Source of the DNA: a virus
Taxonomy: Duplodnaviria; Heunggongvirae; Uroviricota; Caudoviricetes
Virus record (IMG/VR): IMGVR_UViG_3300009008_000023
Coordinates: 64,001-80,997 of that record
Reading direction: 5' to 3' (one strand)
DNA length: 16,997 nucleotides
This document shows, one piece after another, positions 1-6,438 of the stretch. Both the position numbers and the translations under genes were made by a program. Under the pieces are notes generated by a model that had not been told where the DNA came from, did not search any database, and was given only the letters and a program-made list of their open reading frames with translations. Every line of letters starts with the position of its first letter. Position 1 is the first letter of the stretch.

Positions 1-2
1 AG

Positions 3-1406
3 GACGAGTATCCCCAATACAGCGAACTTCAACAAGATATTTTTTCCAGTCTCTACAAATATACTCCTGAGTTATTTGAAGAGATAAAAGTTAAAGCTGA
101 GTATTTGCTTAATCGCGCTGTCATGGATGAAGTTATGCAATCTCCTAGGTACAAAGAACTTAGGAGTTTAACTAAATTAGACAGAGTGAATGCTTCCATT
201 GGAACTGAGGTTCTCAATGAAGAAGTTAAAGAGCTAATTAAAGAGCTCCAAGAAAAGTTTGCTCAGGCAATGGAAGAATTAGATCAACTTCACGGTGATG
301 CTGTAAATGCAGGAGAAGGTGAAGAAGGCGAAGAAGAGGGCGAGGAAGGCAAAGAGGGTGACGCCAATGCTGAAGACAGCCCTCAGTACACTTTAGAAGA
401 AGCTCAAAAGAGATTAAAAGAACATCTTAAAGAGACCAAGAACCAGGTCAAAAAAGAAATCAAAAAGAAGAATGTTGGACGATCTCTTGAAAAGGCTATT
501 GAGAAAACTAAAGAAGTTACTGACATGATCCGTAATTGGGGATTAGATCAAGATTCCTCTTTCGAATACAGATCGTATGAAGAAAAGTTGGAAGTTCTTG
601 ATCAACTTCGTAATAACTCTAAACTACGAGAAATTGCAAAACTTGCTGGTAAAATGAAGCGTCTTGCACTTCAATCACAGCATACCAAAATTAAACGAGG
701 TACTGATGAAATATATGATATCACACAGGGTGGTGATATTGGACGATTAATTCCATCAGAAGCCATGAAATTCAAACACCCGCTTTATAAAAAAGTCTTT
801 AAGAAAGACTTAACTGAAGGAACTCTTTTCCAATACGAGTATCGCGGTAAGGAAAAGAAGGCCAAAGGTCCTATTGTTTGTTGTATTGATTCATCTGGAA
901 GTATGAGTGGACAGCCTGAAATTTGGTCAAAGGCAGTAGCTATGGCTTTGCTAGATATTGCTAGAGCCCAAAAGCGAAGCTTTCATGTTATTCACTTCTC
1001 CTCTGGTGGCTGGCACAGCGAAGAAACTTTACATACAAACACTTTCTTAAAAGATGACCCTTACAATTTTGAAGAAGTCATTGATATGGCTTCATTCTTT
1101 ATTGGCGGGGGCACACAATTTGAACCTCCGTTAAACGCTGCAAGAAAATGCATCGATGACGAAGATAATTTTAGTAAGGCTGACATTGTGTTCATTACTG
1201 ATGGCGAATCAGCTGTAACTGATGAATGGAATAGGGAGTACAATAAATGGAAGAAAGAAAAGAAGATTAGTGTGTTTTCAATTCTTATTGATGCAGGCTG
1301 GTCCTCAACTACCGTTTTAGATCTTTTCTCAAACACCATCGAAAAATTATCTTCTTTGCAAGACAACGGAGATTCTGTCGCCTTAACTTTATTTGACCAG
1401 TTTTAA
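3..1406 (+). CDS. VWA (von Willebrand factor A) domain protein, ViaA/MoxR-partner-like; 5'-truncated by the window edge
   Basis: The frame is open from base 3 (DEYPQYSELQQDIFSSLYKYTPE...), so TTG105 is probably not the real start. MIDAS elements are present: CIDSSGSM (DxSxS), GGGTQF and VFITDGE. An acidic linker (GEGEEGEEEGEEGKEGD) and a helical N-terminal half precede the VWA domain. Confidence 0.88.
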   Translation, partial: DEYPQYSELQQDIFSSLYKYTPELFEEIKVKAEYLLNRAVMDEVMQSPRYKELRSLTKLDRVNASIGTEVLNEEVKELIKELQEKFAQAMEELDQLHGDAVNAGEGEEGEEEGEEGKEGDANAEDSPQYTLEEAQKRLKEHLKETKNQVKKEIKKKNVGRSLEKAIEKTKEVTDMIRNWGLDQDSSFEYRSYEEKLEVLDQLRNNSKLREIAKLAGKMKRLALQSQHTKIKRGTDEIYDITQGGDIGRLIPSEAMKFKHPLYKKVFKKDLTEGTLFQYEYRGKEKKAKGPIVCCIDSSGSMSGQPEIWSKAVAMALLDIARAQKRSFHVIHFSSGGWHSEETLHTNTFLKDDPYNFEEVIDMASFFIGGGTQFEPPLNAARKCIDDEDNFSKADIVFITDGESAVTDEWNREYNKWKKEKKISVFSILIDAGWSSTTVLDLFSNTIEKLSSLQDNGDSVALTLFDQF

Positions 1407-1477
1407 TTAGTAAAAGGAAAACAAAAATCTAATTAAACTGTAACTGTAGACAAAACCTTATTTTAGAGCGCTTCGCT

Positions 1478-1505
1478 TTAACAGACGGCTTAAACAGCCT
1501 AGTAT
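1478..1505 (+). promoter_or_regulatory. Possible sigma70-like promoter for the retron ncRNA
   Basis: TTAACA (1478-1483), 16-nt spacer, TAGTAT (1500-1505), about 25 nt upstream of the a1 repeat. The match to consensus is weak. It is followed by the hairpin TAGTGTA-GGAGT-TACACTA (1505-1523). Confidence 0.3.
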
Positions 1506-1529
1506 AGTGTAGGAGTTACACTAGGCAAA

Positions 1530-1722
1530 GTACAGTTCTAGCTGAACAAATGGAGTAAGATTTGCGATACGCATGTCTGGACTGCTTACACGAAAGGAAT
1601 ACTTTAAAGCTATAAATCCGGGTCACGGCAAGGAACCTTCGCCCGCTGGCGTAGAGCCTCCGGGCGAAATTTCCATTGCCTACACCCGATTTACAGCGTG
1701 CCGTGTTACTGGTAGAACTGAC
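1530..1722 (+). ncRNA. Retron msr-msd non-coding RNA
   Basis: Inverted repeat a1 CAGTTCTA (1533-1540) / a2 TAGAACTG (1713-1720), extendable by GT/AC. a1 is followed directly by G1541 in a TAGC context, as in Ec86. msr-side stems: TGCG-ATA-CGCA (1563-1573) and GTAAG/CTTAC (1555-1559/1585-1589). Long msd hairpin 1609-1697: GCT/AGC, TAAATC/GATTTA, GGGT/ACCC, GGCAA/TTGCC, GGAA/TTCC, TTCGCCCG/CGGGCGAA, GGC-GTAGA-GCC. It lies directly upstream of a retron-type RT. Confidence 0.82.
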
Positions 1723-1723
1723 T

Positions 1724-1750
1724 AGGGGAGAGGGATTCCTCTCCCCTTTT
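1724..1750 (+). terminator. Intrinsic terminator-like hairpin between the ncRNA and the RT gene
   Basis: Perfect 10-bp stem AGGGGAGAGG-GATT-CCTCTCCCCT (1724-1747) followed by TTT, ending 8 nt before the RT ATG. Confidence 0.65.
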
Positions 1751-1758
1751 AATATTCT

Positions 1759-2685
1759 ATGATAAAACAAAAAACTTTTGAAGAAATAGTTGGCTTGCCA
1801 TATGAGCAAGCTAAAGACTTATCCGATAGTGTTGAAGAACATTATTATTCTTTTCCAATTACTAAAAGTAGTGGAAAACGACGTTGGATTGACGCTCCAG
1901 ATGACGAGCTAAAACAAATCCAACTTAACATACTACATGAATTTCTGTATCAATTTTCTCCTCATTCCTGTTCCTTTGGATTTGAAAAAGGTAAGAGTGT
2001 GAAAGATGGAGCCTTACAGCACCAAGGTGCTGAAGTGTTATTAACAATGGACATAAAAAATTTCTTTAATTCATTCAATGCTAAGAGTGTTAGAGATGGT
2101 TTACAATTCTTTGCTGAAAAAGTATTTAAAACAAAAAAAGATACGGAAGAGTACTTAAATGAATTGCACTGTATTGTTGGATTATTAACTTTTATGAATC
2201 ATGTACCTCAAGGAGCTCCATGTAGCCCTGCTTTAACAAACTTATTATTTTATGTATTAGATGCACGGTTAAATGATCTAGCTGCACAATATGGATGTAT
2301 TTACACTCGTTATGCAGATGATATGACCTTTAGTACTAAAAACAAGAAACTTGATATGGCCGTATTAAAGCACCCAATTACAAAATTGGTGCAATCATAT
2401 GGTTTGGGATCCTTACACATTAATGCCAAGAAAACAAGAATTCAGCGGAAACATAAACGTATGTCCGTTACAGGAATTGTAATTAATAATGGGTTATCAG
2501 TTCCTAGATGGAAGTGGAGAAATTTTCAAGCTGAACTTTATAACCTGTCACGAGATAATAAAACAATTAGTTTGACTAAGTATCAACAATTACGAGGTTA
2601 TATTGAATGGATACGAACACTGAATCCAAAGAGAGCTCAGAAATTCATGACCTTACTTGGAAAGATCACTTTAGAAACCTCTTAG
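1759..2685 (+). CDS. Retron-type reverse transcriptase (308 aa)
   Basis: IxKxSGKxRxIDAP, region-X DGALQH (NAxxH variant), MDIKNFFNSF, PQGAPCSPALTN, catalytic YADD (nt 2311-2322), NAKKTRI and region-Y VTG (nt 2467-2475). There is no maturase, endonuclease or other fused domain. Confidence 0.93.
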   Translation: MIKQKTFEEIVGLPYEQAKDLSDSVEEHYYSFPITKSSGKRRWIDAPDDELKQIQLNILHEFLYQFSPHSCSFGFEKGKSVKDGALQHQGAEVLLTMDIKNFFNSFNAKSVRDGLQFFAEKVFKTKKDTEEYLNELHCIVGLLTFMNHVPQGAPCSPALTNLLFYVLDARLNDLAAQYGCIYTRYADDMTFSTKNKKLDMAVLKHPITKLVQSYGLGSLHINAKKTRIQRKHKRMSVTGIVINNGLSVPRWKWRNFQAELYNLSRDNKTISLTKYQQLRGYIEWIRTLNPKRAQKFMTLLGKITLETS

Positions 2686-2699
2686 AACTTAAGAAGGTA

Positions 2700-3176
2700 A
2701 TGGGTAAATATTTAAGCAGTTTTAGAATCTTCTTACCTTTTGCTTTTGATACTCGAGAGGCAAAAAGCTCAAATACAATGACGCCTTTCAAAGAATTAGA
2801 CGAGTCTAAAATGGATGTTTATTGGGCAGCCAATAACATTCGAGGCCGAGCACAGAAACGTAAACGGTACTCACATACTATTCATTTTATGCTTCTCGGT
2901 GCTGAAAGGCATGACGATAAGACAAGGTTATTTTTAGAAATGACCTTTCCTATTACGTTCAGCCCAGCTCTTGTCACGAAAGAGGATGGGTTTAACTATA
3001 AGTGGAACAAGAAACGTACCACTATTAGACGTTTTTTAGGTACTAAGAAACCTGAAATGGTAATGAAGCAGGCACGAAAGCTTTTAAAAGAATGTAATCG
3101 TTTTTACTTCATGTACCACACACCTAAAGAAAAGAAGTCTAAGAAAAAAAAGACGTTATTTTTTAACCAACCTTAA
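2700..3176 (+). CDS. Hypothetical basic protein (about 158 aa); candidate retron partner
   Basis: ATG2700 lies 14 nt after the RT stop, with AAGAAGG just upstream. This start is more plausible than ATG2607, which sits inside the RT gene. The protein is K/R-rich with a KEKKSKKKK tail, and I do not recognise a family. Confidence 0.7.
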   Translation: MGKYLSSFRIFLPFAFDTREAKSSNTMTPFKELDESKMDVYWAANNIRGRAQKRKRYSHTIHFMLLGAERHDDKTRLFLEMTFPITFSPALVTKEDGFNYKWNKKRTTIRRFLGTKKPEMVMKQARKLLKECNRFYFMYHTPKEKKSKKKKTLFFNQP

Positions 3177-3182
3177 GATTAA

Positions 3183-3278
3183 TTGAAAGATTCAATTAAA
3201 CATGGGTTAATTTTTATCGGTCTCTCCGCATTAGCAAAGTTCATATTGCTAATCGTTGATGAGTATGGTAAAAAGTAA
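3183..3278 (+). CDS. Possible 31-aa single-pass membrane peptide
   Basis: TTG-started ORF MKDSIKHGLIFIGLSALAKFILLIVDEYGKK fills the gap between neighbouring genes and has one hydrophobic stretch. There is no clear SD, and it is not in the supplied ORF track. Confidence 0.35.
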   Translation: MKDSIKHGLIFIGLSALAKFILLIVDEYGKK

Positions 3279-3301
3279 CTCTAATTGCCTTAGGAGGTTT
3301 A

Positions 3302-3487
3302 TTGCACTTCCTTATCAGTCTAACGACTGGAAAAAATGGAAGTGGCCAAAAACATTTGTACGTTAATTGCGAAAGCATTGTTTGTGCTCTGGATATAAGT
3401 AAAAAGATTAGAAGTGGACGCCTTTTTTATATCAAGCGAATCAGTCAAGACGAATACTTTGAGGGGATAGCCCAGAAGTATGATTGA
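3302..3487 (+). CDS. Hypothetical protein (61 aa)
   Basis: Strong SD AGGAGG just upstream of TTG3302. The 3' end overlaps the start of the next gene. Confidence 0.7.
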   Translation: MHFLISLTTGKNGSGQKHLYVNCESIVCALDISKKIRSGRLFYIKRISQDEYFEGIAQKYD

Positions 3488-4298
3488 AGAAGCTACAACA
3501 GAGATTGCTATTAGGCCCGGTAAAGGGCAGGTCCACAAAAGATGTATTTGTAAACATAACATCGATATTACTACTGGAGGGTGCCCTATAGCACTCGATG
3601 AAGGTGGTAATTATAAGAAAGAAAATGAATGTGATTATTGTTATGCCAAGTATGTTCATCGTAACTTTGTTAAAAATAAGCAAGTTAATGATAAAATCTG
3701 GTATAAGAATAAGGATCGGTTAGAGACACCCATTATTCGTATTGGGAAAATGTCTGAACCGGGAGGAAGAGAATCACGAAGTGTTTTAGTTAAAGTTTTA
3801 GAGTTAAATAATGAAATAGGTACAAAGACAATCCTTGTCACTCGTCTTTTAGACTGGGATGAGGAAGTGTCTCGTTTATTGTCTGTAAAGAATAGTGTAG
3901 TTCATTTCTCAATGGGTATTGAATCCTTGGAAATTGGAGCTATTGCTCGTGGAGCAACAAACGAATTCAGAATTAAACAGGCATGCCGCTACAAAGCTGC
4001 AGGCAATAAAGTCTATCTACGAATAGTGCATGATGTCACAGGCCCTATTCCTGATTTCATCAAAGAATGGGAAGTACATCAGATACCATTCCTAGTAACT
4101 CCTATAAGATTTTTCAAAAAAGACCTAGTGTCAACTTTTATTCCAGGCGAGACCTGGGAATCTCTCAAAGATAAAGGCCGTTATACGTATAGCGGCGGTG
4201 CACTTAGCCCAGTCAGCATGCACCCTGAGTGGGAAAAATACAACGAGAGATGTGGACATGTAGGTGAAAAATTTTATTGTAATAACTGCGGATTATAG
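3480..4298 (+). CDS. Radical-SAM-like Fe-S protein (SPL-like lineage), with extra Cys clusters
   Basis: GC-x15-CDYCYAK resembles the GCxxxCxYCYA cluster motif with an insertion. IRIGKMSEP resembles the SPL-family segment that follows it. There is also a C-terminal CGH...CNNC. Confidence 0.55.
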   Translation: MIEEATTEIAIRPGKGQVHKRCICKHNIDITTGGCPIALDEGGNYKKENECDYCYAKYVHRNFVKNKQVNDKIWYKNKDRLETPIIRIGKMSEPGGRESRSVLVKVLELNNEIGTKTILVTRLLDWDEEVSRLLSVKNSVVHFSMGIESLEIGAIARGATNEFRIKQACRYKAAGNKVYLRIVHDVTGPIPDFIKEWEVHQIPFLVTPIRFFKKDLVSTFIPGETWESLKDKGRYTYSGGALSPVSMHPEWEKYNERCGHVGEKFYCNNCGL

Positions 4299-4404
4299 TT
4301 CGTGAACACTATATGAAATGAAGTGACAAAACACTTAATTTTTCATAGTTTAATTTAATATCATAAGTTTTTATGTATGATACGTACATAAAGATAAACT
4401 AGAG

Positions 4405-5030
4405 AGTTTTGTATCGTAGCCGAGACGATCGTCTCGTCATCGTACAAAACTTTAGGTTACATTCCAAAGAACGACAAAGGTTCGAATTAAGAAGACGTGC
4501 ACTACACGTGGGTACTCTAGAGACCACACTGGTGTGGCCATCAATCATGGGCCCACAAGGGTGTGGAACTCTAATACTTGAATGCATGCATTATAGGTGA
4601 GACTCGAGGTCAATATCATGACTGGGGTAGACCGTTTTGTTTTCTCTCCAGGTACCAAAGAAGTTAGAGCTCAGTTCCTTTAAATTTGAAGGTGTTATTA
4701 TTCGGAATTAATATCTTTTTAATAGAAGGCGCCTGTACACGTTTTTCCTTATAAGACTTAAGCGCATGCGTGCCAAGGGGTTACTTGTGTACAAAAAATT
4801 GGTAGCATCGTGTGACAATACTAGTTTAACAAAATTTAATAAACATCCGTCACATGCCTCCTCGGGCACCCGACTAAAGTAGTCATACAAAGAGTGTGGG
4901 TCCCGGATCCTGAGGTCTCTCGAGCATACTAACAACTGTTAACAGCTGAGGCCTGGTACCCAGACGTCGTACGTTAAATCTCCACCTTTGTTCGGTATGA
5001 AAAATAAAAAGGATTCTCTTCCTTTTTTTT
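4405..5030 (+). ncRNA. Putative large structured non-coding element (ncRNA or cis DNA element), palindrome-dense
   Basis: An 804-bp gap (4299-5102) with no credible gene. Nested long-range stems: 4474-4480/4985-4991, 4509-4515/4956-4962, 4515-4525/4914-4924 (partly alternative to the previous stem) and 4549-4557/4895-4903. It also has internal hairpins and 32 perfect 6-bp palindromes in 4481-4973, and it ends in a terminator-like hairpin. The strand is inferred only from that terminator. Confidence 0.5.
5006..5030 (+). terminator. Intrinsic (possibly bidirectional) terminator
   Basis: AAAAAGGA-TTCTCT-TCCTTTTT with a run of 8 T (5023-5030) and an A run on the 5' side. Confidence 0.55.
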
Positions 5031-5041
5031 AGCATAAAAGC

Positions 5042-5070
5042 TTGACAATAATAGATAAGTTCTTTAAATT
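5042..5070 (+). promoter_or_regulatory. Sigma70-type promoter for the GT4 gene
   Basis: TTGACA (5042-5047), 17-nt spacer, TAAATT (5065-5070), 32 nt upstream of ATG5103. Confidence 0.7.
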
Positions 5071-5102
5071 CATGAAGAACCTTAAACCAATAATCTAGCT
5101 AG

Positions 5103-6410
5103 ATGAATAAACCTAATTTGTTTGTATGGTGTGACTTCCTTTGTGACACCGGGTTTGGTATAGTTGCAGAGAATCTTCTTGACGATATGCATGAAGATTA
5201 TGATGTAACGGTATTAGGAATTAATAATCACGGGTATAAAAAATACGATACTAGTAAGTATTTTGTGTATCCAATCCATTCCCCTGATATTCTTGGCTTA
5301 AAAGCCTTACCAAAGCTCTTAGAAGAAGAGCAGCCAGAAATTATTTTTCTCTTTCAAGACATTTTTCACATTAGTGCAGTCTTGAAGGATGTTAAAAAAG
5401 CATCCCCAAATTCAAAAATTGTAATCTATTTCCCCATTGATGGCTCACCAGTCTCCATCGCATGGAATAATGTTTTTGAAGATGAAGCAGTTGATGCTGT
5501 TATTACTTATACAGACTGGGCGATCGATCAGATCAAACAAACTTACCCAGACATTAAGTTTCCGATCCACAAACTCTATCATGGAGTGAATAATGAAGTG
5601 TTTTACCCCCATGCTCAACCCCATATTGAAAAGATCAGAAAAGTTTGGGGATGGAAAGGTAAGTTTGTTGCTTGTAATGTAAATCGTTTCCAACCTAGAA
5701 AAGCAATACCACTGGGCCTTCGTGCATTTTCAATGTTTGCAAAGGGTTATAAAGTGTGTAAGTGTGGAAACTGGATGCCTATTAATCGTACAAAGTGCGA
5801 TGTAAATATGTGTCCTGAAGAAGATATTATCGAAGTAGTTGAACGAGATCGTCAAGACGTAATGTTATATTTACACATGATGGCTCAAGAACGTGGCATG
5901 GGTCCAGGAAATGCAAACTTTCTACAGTCCCACTTATTAAATGCCGGGTTCGAGGATAAAGACGTTCAAAACATTCTACAAATTAATAAACGTAATATTT
6001 ATAAAGGCGAGGTACCAAACACTATTATAAATGATATTTATAATGGGTCTAACGTTAATATTTCTACTACGTTAGGAGAAGGTGCTGGATTATCCTTATT
6101 AGAGTCCGCAGCGTGTGGTACTCCAAGTATAGCGCCAAGAAATTCGGCAGTCCCTGAAATGCTTAACGGCACAGGAACATTAGTCAAGAATACTGGAGTG
6201 CTTAACCAAGCATTAGACAATGCCCATATTCGGCCTATTGTGGATATACCCGACTTCGTACGTGCATTAGATGCTGAATATGATAGATGGAAAGCTGCTG
6301 GAAAAGAAAAAGCTCTCGACACAGAATGTATCGAGAACATTAAAGAAAATTTCCAGTGGGGAGATAAAGTCGAAGCATTAAAGAAAGTATTTAAAGACGT
6401 ACTAACTTAA
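5103..6410 (+). CDS. Glycosyltransferase, GT-B fold, family GT4-like (435 aa)
   Basis: N-terminal DTGFGIVAENL, IYHGV-like LYHGV, NVNRFQPRK, and C-terminal E-x7-E motif GEGAGLSLLESAACGTP. A Cys-rich insert CKC-x10-C-x4-C is present. Confidence 0.88.
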   Translation: MNKPNLFVWCDFLCDTGFGIVAENLLDDMHEDYDVTVLGINNHGYKKYDTSKYFVYPIHSPDILGLKALPKLLEEEQPEIIFLFQDIFHISAVLKDVKKASPNSKIVIYFPIDGSPVSIAWNNVFEDEAVDAVITYTDWAIDQIKQTYPDIKFPIHKLYHGVNNEVFYPHAQPHIEKIRKVWGWKGKFVACNVNRFQPRKAIPLGLRAFSMFAKGYKVCKCGNWMPINRTKCDVNMCPEEDIIEVVERDRQDVMLYLHMMAQERGMGPGNANFLQSHLLNAGFEDKDVQNILQINKRNIYKGEVPNTIINDIYNGSNVNISTTLGEGAGLSLLESAACGTPSIAPRNSAVPEMLNGTGTLVKNTGVLNQALDNAHIRPIVDIPDFVRALDAEYDRWKAAGKEKALDTECIENIKENFQWGDKVEALKKVFKDVLT

Positions 6411-6438
6411 ATTAGACTACCTTAGAAATATTATAGTG

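Noticed and set aside
105-107. Supplied starts at TTG105, ATG2607, TTG12032 and ATG16941
   Set aside because: The frames at 105 and 16941 stay open to the window edges, so those genes are truncated. 2607 lies inside the RT gene, while ATG2700 has an SD. 12032 abuts a promoter -10, so ATG11990 is preferred.
1516-1809. 97-aa ORF on the - strand
   Set aside because: It is antisense to the retron ncRNA and the RT start, has no SD and no recognisable motifs. It is probably a shadow ORF of the GC-richer RNA.
1759-2685. RT as a DGR, group II intron or CRISPR-associated RT
   Set aside because: It has PQGA rather than the DGR-type SQ motif, and I found no TR/VR pair or Avd-like gene. There is no maturase/En domain or domain-V-like RNA, and no Cas1 or array. 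The VTG motif, GAxxH and the a1/a2 ncRNA point to a retron.
4479-4487. GGTTCGAAT resembling a tRNA/tmRNA T-loop
   Set aside because: There is no flanking T-stem, cloverleaf or properly placed CCA end.
4597-4651. Spliceosomal-intron-like stretch (AG|GTGAGA...TTTTGTTTTCTCTCCAG|G)
   Set aside because: It is only 55 nt, it lies in a genome with prokaryotic SD, operon and sigma70 signals, and it interrupts no credible ORF. It is likely chance.
4399-4935. Short ORFs 4399-4587(-), 4409-4600(+) and 4708-4935(-) in the long gap
   Set aside because: They overlap each other, lack SD sites and have atypical R/C/H-rich composition. Non-coding structure explains the region better, though small peptides cannot be fully excluded.
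4480-4975. Cloning-vector multiple cloning site or synthetic contamination
   Set aside because: The order of sites does not match pUC, pBluescript or pET polylinkers as I recall them, and several sites are duplicated. There is no vector backbone, and the sites are embedded in a nested fold with native-looking flanks. A UniVec search and read-mapping check are still advisable.
4381-5030. CRISPR array or tandem repeat
   Set aside because: There is no recurring 25-45-nt repeat with regular spacers, only two 14-bp boxes and short palindromes.
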